Source: Planctomycetota bacterium (GTDB taxonomy: Bacteria > Planctomycetota > UBA8108 > UBA1146). From it: a DNA stretch of 64,000 nt. Within the stretch, counting starts at the first letter, position 1. Each line of letters begins with the position of its first letter. This document shows, piece after piece, positions 20,583 to 29,892 of this stretch. The DNA is taken from positions 4,420 through 68,419 of the forward strand of contig JAPKAM010000002.1 of assembly GCA_028825265.1 (NCBI GenBank), read 5' to 3'. The notes beneath the pieces were generated by a model. That model was not told the DNA's origin, did not search any database, and saw only the letters and a list, made by a program, of their open reading frames with translations. The translations under genes and the position numbers were made by a program.

Positions 20583-21671
20583 GTGCGCATCGCCATCGAC
20601 GCCACTGCTGCATGCACTCCCCGACCCACAGGGATCGGCAGATATACCGCCCAGTTGGCGCGGGCGCTGGACGATATAGGGTCAACGATTTCGCTCGGGA
20701 CCCGCTGTTCTCATCTGCACCGTCATCGACATCGATTGAGGATCCCCACGATTCGGAGCTTTTGGATCCAGGAACCGTGGTGGCCCGCGTGGGCTCGGCC
20801 GGATGTGGTCCATGTGACCGATTCTCGAGTGCCACGATGGAGATCTGCGAGAGTGGCGACGCTTCACGATGTGGTGCATCTACTTCCAGAGAAGAAGAGA
20901 GATTTCTACATTTCCACGCGGCAGTTTCGCGACAAGAAGCTTGCGGCATACCAGTCTCTGGCGAGTCAGTGTCATCGCATCATCGCAGTCAGCGAAACGA
21001 CGCGCCGCGATTTCCTGGAGGGCGTTGATTGCGATCCGAACAAGGTGGTTGTGGTCCATCATGGCATCGATCCGGTGTTCCGTCCGATTCCACCAGTGGA
21101 AGCCGCCCCCATCCTCGCTGCCCGAAAAATTCCCGAGGGTGCCATCATTTATGTTGGAGATCTTTCACACAGGAAAAACATCCCCGGGTTGATCGAGGGG
21201 TTTCTTGCCGCAGATCTGGGGGAGATCCCGCTGGTGATCGCCGGGGAGCCCTCATTTGGTGGAGATGAACTTCTCAGTCTGATCGAGAGAGAAGGACAGG
21301 GTCGAGTTCATCTGGTTGGTTGGCATGGTGACGATGTGTTGCCGGCGCTTTACTCGTCGGCTCGTGCACTGCTTTACCCAACTCACTACGAGGGATTCGG
21401 AATGCCGGTGCTGGAAGCGATGGCCTGTGACACGCCGGTGGTGATTTCCAATACTGGTGCCGCCCCTGAGATCGCTGGGGAGATGGCTGAGAAATGTGAT
21501 CCCGATGATCCAGCCTCGATCTCGGCGGCCTTGCACAGGGCGCTGGGTCATGAGCAGAAGGAAAAGGAACTGGCGCGGAAGCATGCAGAGACCTTTGACT
21601 GGCAAGCCTGTGCCCGGGAAACCGTGGACGTTTATCAGCAGGCGATCGAGGTCGCAGGCGGGGCCAATTGA
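20583..21671 (+). CDS. Glycosyltransferase family 4 (GT-B)
   Basis: PTGIGRY; IAVSETTRRD; RKNIPGLI; YEGFGMPVLEAMACDTPVV. Confidence 0.9.
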   Translation: MRIAIDATAACTPRPTGIGRYTAQLARALDDIGSTISLGTRCSHLHRHRHRLRIPTIRSFWIQEPWWPAWARPDVVHVTDSRVPRWRSARVATLHDVVHLLPEKKRDFYISTRQFRDKKLAAYQSLASQCHRIIAVSETTRRDFLEGVDCDPNKVVVVHHGIDPVFRPIPPVEAAPILAARKIPEGAIIYVGDLSHRKNIPGLIEGFLAADLGEIPLVIAGEPSFGGDELLSLIEREGQGRVHLVGWHGDDVLPALYSSARALLYPTHYEGFGMPVLEAMACDTPVVISNTGAAPEIAGEMAEKCDPDDPASISAALHRALGHEQKEKELARKHAETFDWQACARETVDVYQQAIEVAGGAN

Positions 21672-22801
21672 TGGCAAACCTCAAGGTGGTCATCGTTGGT
21701 GCGGGGGTGGTCGGCGTCTGCTGTGCCAGAACACTGGCTCGTTCCGGGGCCGAGGTGTTGGTGGTGGACCAGGGCGAGGCGGTGGGAGTTCGAGGGGGAA
21801 CCGCAGCGGGAATGGGGCACATCGTCGTCAACGATGGAGATGAAGCGGGATTGCAACTTTGCAAGCTCGGCAGGTCGATCTGGCGAGATGATTCACCCGA
21901 GATCGCAGGTGAGGACGGATTCATCGAAACCGGTACCCTCTGGATGGCTGAAGACGATGCCACCTTCGAAGAACTCGCCAGGTCTGCAGCGAGACTCGAA
22001 TCGGCGGGAATCAGTGTCGAGTTGCTGAAAGGGAAGTCCTTCAGCGATGTGGAGCCTGCCTTGGCCAGGGATCTGGTTGGAGGACTTCGGTTGCCTGAAG
22101 ATGGAGTCTTGTACGCCCCGGTAGTTGCCGCTGCCATGATGCAAGAGGCGAAGCAGATGGGGGCCACTTTTCGTCCACGGGTGACAGTCTCTTCGGTGGA
22201 AACTGGAATGGTCCGACTGGCCGATGGGAACTGCATCGGAGCCGATGCCATCGTGATTGCCTCTGGTTTGAATGCCCTTGATCTGCTTGAAGAATCGGGA
22301 ATCGAGGTGCCGATCGTTCCGCGCGAAGGCCAACTCGCTATCACTGCTCGTGGAACCCGGGTACTGACTCACCACGTGGTGGAGGCGGGATACCAGCAGG
22401 GGGCTCACGGTGTGGTGGAAGAAGCGGTGGCCTGTGCCATCTTGCCCAGATCCACTGGCCAGCTTTGTATCGGGTCGAGTCGTCGACCGAGGCAGGCCGG
22501 AGCGGTCGACCGGGAACTGATGGAGAAGATCATCGCTCGCTGTGATCGTTTCCTACCAGGGATCGGCAGATTGCCGATCCTGCGCTGTTGGAGCGGCACG
22601 CGGGCGGCGACTGCCGATTCGAGGCCCTTAATCGGTCCCGTTCCGGCCCAGCGCGGGGTTTGGATCGCCAGTGGATTCGAGGGGCTGGGGATCACCCAGG
22701 CTCCTGCGGCGGCTCAATTGATCAAGGATTCGATTTACGGCACGAGGAGCCCCATCGATCCTCGAGCGTGGGATCCGGCTCGAAGTATGACCACTTCTTG
22801 A
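21668..22801 (+). CDS. lhpB: D-hydroxyproline dehydrogenase beta (catalytic FAD) subunit, DAO family
   Basis: VVIVGAGVVG; TAAGMGHIVV; GHEG-like GFEGLGITQAP; genomic context of the Hyp pathway. Start TTG 21668 or ATG 21671. Confidence 0.8.
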   Translation: MMANLKVVIVGAGVVGVCCARTLARSGAEVLVVDQGEAVGVRGGTAAGMGHIVVNDGDEAGLQLCKLGRSIWRDDSPEIAGEDGFIETGTLWMAEDDATFEELARSAARLESAGISVELLKGKSFSDVEPALARDLVGGLRLPEDGVLYAPVVAAAMMQEAKQMGATFRPRVTVSSVETGMVRLADGNCIGADAIVIASGLNALDLLEESGIEVPIVPREGQLAITARGTRVLTHHVVEAGYQQGAHGVVEEAVACAILPRSTGQLCIGSSRRPRQAGAVDRELMEKIIARCDRFLPGIGRLPILRCWSGTRAATADSRPLIGPVPAQRGVWIASGFEGLGITQAPAAAQLIKDSIYGTRSPIDPRAWDPARSMTTS

Positions 22802-22897
22802 TCCGGGCAAAGCACAGGGCACGATGCAGCCGTTGACCCAGGGGTTCCCCGCGGTCAGACCGCTGGTGAATCGAACTCATCTCAGGAAGGACCACTG

Positions 22898-24304
22898 TTG
22901 CAGATCACGGTGACAGCGATCGAACTGGAACTGATGGAATGCAACACACGAATCCCATTCCGGTTCGGGGTGCATACTCTCACCGAGGCACCGATGGCGG
23001 TGGCCACTCTTCATGCCGAAACTTCCGATGGGACTCCCCTGGTTGGCTATACATCAGAATTGCTGGTGCCGCGCTGGTTCGAGAAGAATCTCGAGAGATC
23101 GGTCGAAGGTGATATCGAGTCGCTGGTAGATAGCATCCAGGTTGCAGGTCAGATTTTGCTCGATGGTACCAAGGCCTCTGTTTTTGATCATTACTGGAGA
23201 ACCTTTGAAGACCGAGTCCTGTCGGTCCCCGTCACTGCCGCTGATCGTTTGACCCGAGGGTTTGGGTGTGCGATCTGGGAACGAGCGATGATGGACGCCG
23301 CCTGTCGAGGTGTTGGTGTGTCCTTCATCGACGCTCTCGAGTGTGATCTGTTCAAGATCAAGCCCGATCGTTTTCATCCCGGTCTTGCGGGTTGGAAGTT
23401 TTATCCGGCACCCTTGCCAACGACGATTGCGGTTCGGCACACGGTTGGTTTGCTCGATGATCTAGAGGAGGCTTCGGAAGGAGCTCCAGAAGATGGTCTT
23501 CCGGTGACGCTGGTCGAGGATATTCGTCGTCACGGTCTAGCCTGGTTCAAGGTCAAGGTCGGAGGGGATCCGCAGCAGGATCTGGAGCGGCTCCATCGAG
23601 TGGCCCAAGTTCTCGAGCGGGAAGCCTCGCCTGGATACCGGGTGACTCTGGATGGGAACGAGCAGTACGCCGATCCAGCGCAGCTGGCGCTGGTACTGGA
23701 GGATTTGTCAGCGAAGTCGCCCGGGTCCACCTTCATCGAATCGATCGTCAGTATCGAACAACCGGTGCCACGCTCCTTGACCTTCGAGGAGAGCGCTCAT
23801 CCCGGCGAACTGGCAAAGTTCGCACCCGTCATCATCGATGAGGCAGACCATGGCCCGGAGGCTTTTCCGGAGGCACTTCGCCTTGGATATCGGGGGGTCT
23901 CTGCCAAGAACTGCAAGGGCGTCGCGCGTTCGATCGCTCACCAGGGTCTGTGCGACATCCACCAAGGAGCGGCTTTCATCAGCGGTGAGGATCTGACCAA
24001 TTTACCACCGTGGGGATTGCATCAGGACTTGCTGACGGTGGCGGCACTGGGGTTGCACCATGTCGAACGAAATGGCCATCACTACTTCAGGGGGCTCGAT
24101 CATCTTCCAGACTCGGAGGTCGCCACCCTGGTGAAGGATCATCCAGATCTCTACCGAGGGATCGGGGACGGAGCCGAACTTCATATCGAAGACGGAAATC
24201 TTTCGATTCGATCTCTCGATTGCGAAGGCTATGGCTGCACCGTCGAACCGGCGGCTCACCAGCGACGTTCGGTGCTGGCCAAACGAGCGGAAGAAAAGGG
24301 ATGA
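22898..24304 (+). CDS. Enolase-superfamily protein of unknown specificity
   Basis: PFRFGVHTLTEAP N-terminus; FKVKVG; metal-ligand segments TLDGNEQ, SIEQP, IIDEAD; KNCKG. Confidence 0.75.
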   Translation: MQITVTAIELELMECNTRIPFRFGVHTLTEAPMAVATLHAETSDGTPLVGYTSELLVPRWFEKNLERSVEGDIESLVDSIQVAGQILLDGTKASVFDHYWRTFEDRVLSVPVTAADRLTRGFGCAIWERAMMDAACRGVGVSFIDALECDLFKIKPDRFHPGLAGWKFYPAPLPTTIAVRHTVGLLDDLEEASEGAPEDGLPVTLVEDIRRHGLAWFKVKVGGDPQQDLERLHRVAQVLEREASPGYRVTLDGNEQYADPAQLALVLEDLSAKSPGSTFIESIVSIEQPVPRSLTFEESAHPGELAKFAPVIIDEADHGPEAFPEALRLGYRGVSAKNCKGVARSIAHQGLCDIHQGAAFISGEDLTNLPPWGLHQDLLTVAALGLHHVERNGHHYFRGLDHLPDSEVATLVKDHPDLYRGIGDGAELHIEDGNLSIRSLDCEGYGCTVEPAAHQRRSVLAKRAEEKG

Positions 24305-25761
24305 AGATCAGATCTCCGAACAAGTACAAGGATGCAGCCTCCTTCCGTGCTCGCTTGAAGGAGATCGACGAACAGTTGGACCTCGATGACGAGGTGGAAT
24401 CTCCAGGACCGCTCGGGTCATCACTGGAGAAGGGGGGCTGGTCTCTCTCCAACCGATTTGCAGTGCATCCGATGGAGGGTTGGGACGCCCATCGTGATGG
24501 ATCGCCATCGCCGGAGACACTCCGGCGCTGGCGACGCTTCGGAGAGAGTGGGGCTGCATTGATTTGGGGCGGTGAGGCGTTCGCAGTTGTGGAGGATGGC
24601 CGGGCCAATCCGAATCAACTGTTCCATAGCGATTCCGAGAAGAGTTGCCGGGCGCTGGAGTCGCTGCGACAGTCCATCGCTTTCGGCCATGATGCGATCG
24701 GAATGGAAGCTCCCACTGATTCGATGGTGGGTTTACAACTGACTCACTCAGGGCGTTGGTCTCGACCGACCCCGGCGGGTCCGTCACCGAGGATTGCATT
24801 TCAGCATCCGATCCTCGATGCGAGAGTCGCAGCAACTCCTCAACAACTGCTCGACGATGGCGAACTCGAATCCATCGCAGAGCGCTACATCGAGGCGGCG
24901 GTATGCGCTCAGAAGGCGGGTTTCGATTTCGTCGACATCAAGGCGTGTCACGGGTACCTGTTGCACGAGTTGCTGTCGGCGAGAACAAGACCCGGTCGAT
25001 ATGGCGGAGATCTACACGGTCGCAGTCGACTGTTGAGAGAATTGATCGCAGCGGTCCGGAGTGCCGCACCGGGACTGGGAATCGCAGTGCGCCTTTCGGT
25101 CACCGATGTGATTCCCTTCAAGAAATCAGAACTGGGTGAGGGAGAAGCGGACTGGCCCGATGGTGAAATCTACCCTTATGGCTTTGGCATCGATCCTTCA
25201 GACCCACTCAACCCAAACTGGACTGAGCCGCTGCAATTGATCGCGTTGTTACAAGAGGTCGGCATCGAATGGCTCAACCTGACCATCGGTTCGCCCTACT
25301 GGTGTCCTCATCGTCAGAGGCCCGCGCAATACCCTCCCAGTGACGGCTATCCGCCTCCGGAAGATCCACTGGTGGGAGTCGCAGCGCATCTCCAGGCGGC
25401 AAGAGCGGTACGACAGGCATTCCCAGATCTGGGTTTGGTCGGCACCGGCTGGACCTATCTGCAGGAGTGGTTACCGGCGGTGGCCCAGTATGAGATCCGC
25501 AAAGGATTTCAGGATGTCATCGGCCTCGGAAGATCGATGCTCTCCTATCCAGAGTTACCCAGGGATGTCATCCACGGCCGTACGATGCCGAAGAAACTGG
25601 TGTGCAGAACTTTCAGTGACTGCACTACCGCACCGAGAAATGGATTGTTGAGCGGTTGTTTTCCGCTCGATGATTATTACAAGTCGCACCCCGCCGCAGC
25701 GGAGTTGAAATCCGCCAAGGCGAGGTCCAGGCAGATCGCCAGAGAAGGGGAGAACCATTGA
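24301..25761 (+). CDS. NADH:flavin oxidoreductase (old yellow enzyme family), atypical
   Basis: NRFAVHPMEGWD; GLQLTHSGR; DIKACHGYLLHELLS; YGGDL..RSR; GLGR. ATG 24301 overlaps the upstream stop (ATGA). Confidence 0.85.
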   Translation: MKIRSPNKYKDAASFRARLKEIDEQLDLDDEVESPGPLGSSLEKGGWSLSNRFAVHPMEGWDAHRDGSPSPETLRRWRRFGESGAALIWGGEAFAVVEDGRANPNQLFHSDSEKSCRALESLRQSIAFGHDAIGMEAPTDSMVGLQLTHSGRWSRPTPAGPSPRIAFQHPILDARVAATPQQLLDDGELESIAERYIEAAVCAQKAGFDFVDIKACHGYLLHELLSARTRPGRYGGDLHGRSRLLRELIAAVRSAAPGLGIAVRLSVTDVIPFKKSELGEGEADWPDGEIYPYGFGIDPSDPLNPNWTEPLQLIALLQEVGIEWLNLTIGSPYWCPHRQRPAQYPPSDGYPPPEDPLVGVAAHLQAARAVRQAFPDLGLVGTGWTYLQEWLPAVAQYEIRKGFQDVIGLGRSMLSYPELPRDVIHGRTMPKKLVCRTFSDCTTAPRNGLLSGCFPLDDYYKSHPAAAELKSAKARSRQIAREGENH

Positions 25762-27182
25762 GTGAACCAGAAGCCGATTCCCAGAATTCCATCGACCTTC
25801 CGATGGTGGCTCCACCCGATCCGGTTGCTCTGGCCGAGGAAAAGAAGTGGCTCACTTCGCTAGAATCTGCACCCATCACGAAGCGCTGGGGCGCTTTTCT
25901 CCGGCGAGGTGGTCCTGGCTATCTACAGAGTTCTCTGACCCTCGGAGGGGGCACTGCGGCTGCGACCTTGATGGCCGGTGGAGCCTTCGGATACCAATTA
26001 CTGTGGGTGGCGCCACTCTCGATGCTACTTGGGCTGGCCGTGTTGTCGGCGGTTGCACACCAGACCCTTTCGACCGGCAAGCGACCATTGGCGGCGATCC
26101 GCGAGCATGCGGGACCCTTCTTTGCCTTCGCCTTCATCGCCGGTGCCGTGCTGTCGAGTGTGATCTGGCACTTTGCTCAGTACGCACTCGCCTCGGCAGC
26201 CATCGAAGACATTGGACTCGTCAGCGAGATCGGAATCTCGCGCGGGACCGGTGGTTTACTGGTGCTCGGGTGGGCGATCATCTGGTCGACCACCTATGGG
26301 CGATCTCCCGCCTTGCTGAAACTGTTCGAGCGCAGCATGCAGGTGATGGTGTGGATGATCGTGTTGTGTTTTGCAGTGGTCGTGGCGAAAACAGGAATCA
26401 GCGATGTGGGTGCATTTCTTTCCGGCTTCATTCCAGGAGGTGTCGGCGAGATTTATACCCCTGACGGGGATGAGTCGAAGTCGGTGGACGCCCTGAGCAT
26501 AGTGGTGGCTGGATTGGCCGCAGCGATCGGAGCCAACATGGTTTTTCTCTATCCTTACTCGCTGCTGGCTAGGGGCTGGGGCAGGGAGCATCGCTCTCTT
26601 GCGAGATTCGATCTGTTTGCCGGAATGTTCGTGCCGTATCTGTTGACGACCACCCTCATCGTGGTGGCGGCAGCCAGTACCTTCGGTCCCGGTGGGATCT
26701 CGTTTCCTGGCAAGGGATTCGCTCCCATCGATGCGGCAGAGATCCTCGGCGGTACCAGCGCTTCGCGCATCCTCTTTGACCTCGGATTGCTGGGAATGGT
26801 GACCAGCAGTATCACCATGCACATGATTTGTTGCGGATTTGCAGCCTGTGAAACCCTCGGCTGGCAAGTCGGTTCAAAACGGTTCCGATTGGCTTGCCTG
26901 CTGCCAACACCCGGTATTCTGGGTGCATTCTACTGGGGTGACATGGCGATCTGGATCGCCGTCCCTACGACCATCCTGACCGGATTCTTGTTGCCAGCAG
27001 TTTACATCGGGATCCTCAAGATGCAGCGATCCAAGGAGTATCTCGGTGAGGATCGGCCGCAAGGCCCCAAGGCGATGCTGTGGCAGGGATTGATCCTGCT
27101 CGCCACCTTGGTGCTGAGTGCGTTCTTGATCTGGAAGACAGCCACGGCAGTGCCCGGCTGGTTAGAACAACTGACCGGATGA
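25758..27182 (+). CDS. NRAMP-like (APC/LeuT-fold) membrane transporter
   Basis: About 11 hydrophobic helices; GPGYLQSSLTLGGG; AGGAFGYQLLWV, the NRAMP G...GY.LLW pattern; canonical DPGN absent. Confidence 0.75.
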   Translation: MSEPEADSQNSIDLPMVAPPDPVALAEEKKWLTSLESAPITKRWGAFLRRGGPGYLQSSLTLGGGTAAATLMAGGAFGYQLLWVAPLSMLLGLAVLSAVAHQTLSTGKRPLAAIREHAGPFFAFAFIAGAVLSSVIWHFAQYALASAAIEDIGLVSEIGISRGTGGLLVLGWAIIWSTTYGRSPALLKLFERSMQVMVWMIVLCFAVVVAKTGISDVGAFLSGFIPGGVGEIYTPDGDESKSVDALSIVVAGLAAAIGANMVFLYPYSLLARGWGREHRSLARFDLFAGMFVPYLLTTTLIVVAAASTFGPGGISFPGKGFAPIDAAEILGGTSASRILFDLGLLGMVTSSITMHMICCGFAACETLGWQVGSKRFRLACLLPTPGILGAFYWGDMAIWIAVPTTILTGFLLPAVYIGILKMQRSKEYLGEDRPQGPKAMLWQGLILLATLVLSAFLIWKTATAVPGWLEQLTG

Positions 27183-28357
27183 AGATCGAACTCCCAAACC
27201 CCGATGGGGAATCGGTCTGGCTGGAAGACGGATTGCTCGCAAGTGAGCCGCAACCGGCTGCCGCAGATCCGGTTCGGATCGCCTATGCTGCGGCTCATAT
27301 CATCCTGAAGGATGACGCCACTCCACGATCTAGCGCTGCAGATGCCATCGAGATGGTCGACTGGGACCAGACGATGGCGTTTCGCCAGCATCTGGCCGCT
27401 GAGGGATTCGGTATTGCGGAGGCGATGGATACCGCCCAGCGATTCGAACTGGGTTGGCCGGCCGCACGTAGGCTGATCGAACAGTGTGGGGAACTTCAAT
27501 TGGAAACAGGCTTTATAGCGGGAGCCGGAGCAGATCAGTGCGACGAGGTGTTGGATCCCGCGACGTTAATCGATGCCGTGGTTGAGCAAGTTCATATCAT
27601 CCAGCAAGCCGGTGGCACTGCGATCATCTTGCCGATGCCGTGGCTCTGTCGCTGGAATTGCGACGAGCAACAATACGTTTCGATCTACCGATCCATCATC
27701 GAGCAGAGCGAGGGGCCTTTATTTCTTCACTGGCTCGGTCCGATGTTCCTGGCAGAATTGGAAGGTTACTTTCCCGGAGACAGTCTCGATCAAATTCTCA
27801 GCATCGATTCCGACAAGGTTCGTGGGGTCAAGATGTCGATGCTGGACCACGATCTGGAGATCGGGGTACGAAAGCGGTGTCGGGAGCGTGGCCAGATCGT
27901 GCTGACTGGAGACGATCATCACTTCTGTGATCTCATCGCAGGAGATGGCGAGATCCCCACTCAGAGCGTCACCATCGGCGACCGTCAGGTTCCCGATGGT
28001 GATTTCAGTCATGCCTTGCTGGGAGTACTCGATGGGATTGCCGTTCCTGCAGGACGAGCCTTGCGTCACCTGGCGGCAGGAGACCTCGCCGGGTATCGCC
28101 GCTGGATGCAACCGTGCGAGGACTACGGTCAGCGAGTCTTTGCGGCACCGACCCACCTCTACAAGGCGGGGCTCGCCTTTACCGCCTGGCTCAATGGTCA
28201 CCAGCGGCAACCGATGCTACTGAATCGTATCGATCTGGATCGTGACCTCGAACACCTGCTGGATGTGGCCCGCCTGGCTTCACTGGCGGGAGCGATCATA
28301 GATGCCGGGATGGCGGCGGAGCGCATCGAGTTATTGATGGCGGGCGTACACCGATGA
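27179..28357 (+). CDS. DUF993 family protein (DHDPS-like TIM barrel)
   Basis: RIAYAAAHI; DWDQTMAFRQHL; GIAEAMDTAQR; LHWLGPMF; GVKMSMLD; TGDD; HALLGVLD. ATG 27179 in an ATGA overlap. Confidence 0.85.
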   Translation: MKIELPNPDGESVWLEDGLLASEPQPAAADPVRIAYAAAHIILKDDATPRSSAADAIEMVDWDQTMAFRQHLAAEGFGIAEAMDTAQRFELGWPAARRLIEQCGELQLETGFIAGAGADQCDEVLDPATLIDAVVEQVHIIQQAGGTAIILPMPWLCRWNCDEQQYVSIYRSIIEQSEGPLFLHWLGPMFLAELEGYFPGDSLDQILSIDSDKVRGVKMSMLDHDLEIGVRKRCRERGQIVLTGDDHHFCDLIAGDGEIPTQSVTIGDRQVPDGDFSHALLGVLDGIAVPAGRALRHLAAGDLAGYRRWMQPCEDYGQRVFAAPTHLYKAGLAFTAWLNGHQRQPMLLNRIDLDRDLEHLLDVARLASLAGAIIDAGMAAERIELLMAGVHR

Positions 28358-29892
28358 GTGGCGATCGAAAGGTAAAGATTCGGCTCGATGGTGTCTGGGT
28401 CGAGGTGACCGAAGGTGTCCAACTGGCCGCCGCCTTGCTCGAACTGGGATTCGTTTCGCTGAGAAGATCTCCGACTGGTCAGCCACGGGGAGCCTTGTGT
28501 GCGATGGGGAGTTGCCACGAGTGTCGTGCGGTGATCGACGGTCACCGGGGGGTGAGAAGCTGCTTGATCCGGGTTCGAGATCAGATGCGGGTGGAGACGG
28601 AACGAGATCTGGGACCGTCGCCACTCGGGGCTCTGGTGATCTCGCCGTCGCAGCGGCAAGTGGCTGACCTGGTGGTCATCGGTGCTGGACCGGCAGGATT
28701 GGCGGCGGCCAGCGCGGCGGCAGAACTGGGGATGGACGTGCTGGTGGTTGACGAGTCTCCCGCTCCCGGAGGAAGGATCTGGGCTCACCTGAAGCGGGCC
28801 CCGGCAGAGGCCCGCAGCTGGATCGAGCGAGCGGAAAGAGCCGGAGTTCGCAGGCTTCACGGATACAGCGTCACCGATGGGGAACCGGGGCGGATCCAGG
28901 CGACATCGGTCGCGAGCGGAGAATCGGTGGAGATCGAGTGCGATCGAATGGTCATCGCCACCGGAGCGAGGGAACGCTTCCTGCCATTTCCTGGCTGGAC
29001 TCTTCCTGGAGTGGTCGGAGCCGGAGCACTGCAATCTCTCATCAAGGGTGGATTGGATGTAAAGGGCAAGCGACTGGTGGTGGCGGGAACCGGCCCGTTA
29101 CTGCTGGCAGTGGCTCAGCTGGCACGGCAGCAAGGTGCTTCGGTATTACTGGTCGAGCAGGCTTCCTACTTCAATCGAATTCCACTGCTGTTGAGAGTGC
29201 TGCAATCCACAACTCGAGTGCGACAGACGTGGGCTCTGTGGAAGTCGCTTCGGGATGTCGAAAAACTCTCATCGAGCTGGCCAGTCAAGGCGGAGGGGCA
29301 TCAGAGGGTCGAGCGGGTTCATCTCCGCACCGAGAATGGAATTCGTATCGAAGAGGTCGATGGACTGGCGGTTGGATTCGGACTGATTCCGGAGACCAGA
29401 GTCGCCGAAGGGCTCGGCTGCCGGATCCTCGATGATGGTTGCGTTGCGGTCGATCATCAGCAGTGGACCGGGGTCGAAGGAGTTTATTGCGCCGGTGAAC
29501 CGACCGGGATCGCCGGTTGTGAAGCCGCCATCGACAGCGGTCTGGTGGCAGGAATCAGCGCGGCGGGCCGGGCTCCCAGGGCACACCTGAGGGCACGAGT
29601 GAGGCGCCACCAGGTGTGGGGTGCGGCACTCGAGGCGGCTCATTCCCTTCGTCCGGAGCTGTTTCACCAGGGGCAGGGAGATGTGGTGCTTTGTCGATGC
29701 GAGGATGTGACCGCAGGGAGCGTCGATCGATCTGTTTCCAGCCGGGAGGCGAGAGTCCTGTGCCGGATCGGCATGGGACCCTGCCAGGGAAGGGTCTGCA
29801 TGGCGATTCTGCAGGCACGGGGAGAGATTCGATCCGATTCGGTGCGGCCACCTTGGTCGACCAGCCCCGGCAAAGGTGAAATCTCGCGGTGA
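28354..29892 (+). CDS. Fused 2Fe-2S + FAD/NAD(P)-oxidoreductase subunit (LhpF+LhpE-like D-Hyp dehydrogenase gamma-alpha fusion)
   Basis: N-terminal CAMGSCHECRAVIDG...VRSC; VIGAGPAGL; ATGARERFLPFPGWTLPGV; C-terminal CRCEDV...GMGPCQGRVC. Confidence 0.82.
   Translation: MSGDRKVKIRLDGVWVEVTEGVQLAAALLELGFVSLRRSPTGQPRGALCAMGSCHECRAVIDGHRGVRSCLIRVRDQMRVETERDLGPSPLGALVISPSQRQVADLVVIGAGPAGLAAASAAAELGMDVLVVDESPAPGGRIWAHLKRAPAEARSWIERAERAGVRRLHGYSVTDGEPGRIQATSVASGESVEIECDRMVIATGARERFLPFPGWTLPGVVGAGALQSLIKGGLDVKGKRLVVAGTGPLLLAVAQLARQQGASVLLVEQASYFNRIPLLLRVLQSTTRVRQTWALWKSLRDVEKLSSSWPVKAEGHQRVERVHLRTENGIRIEEVDGLAVGFGLIPETRVAEGLGCRILDDGCVAVDHQQWTGVEGVYCAGEPTGIAGCEAAIDSGLVAGISAAGRAPRAHLRARVRRHQVWGAALEAAHSLRPELFHQGQGDVVLCRCEDVTAGSVDRSVSSREARVLCRIGMGPCQGRVCMAILQARGEIRSDSVRPPWSTSPGKGEISR

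Noticed and set aside
24010-24300. N-terminal extensions in the ORF track (OYE 24010, DUF993 27080, topA 16588, mutM 16672, icd 17619, clpC 39239, atpF 44282)
   Set aside because: They overlap upstream genes or precede the conserved N-terminal motifs; downstream starts with RBS or stop/start overlaps fit better.
21668-29892. Hydrogen cyanide synthase hcnABC, or opine/sarcosine oxidase
   Set aside because: Same fold families, but the TAAGMGH motif and neighbouring Hyp epimerase, deaminase and KGSA dehydrogenase fit D-Hyp dehydrogenase better.
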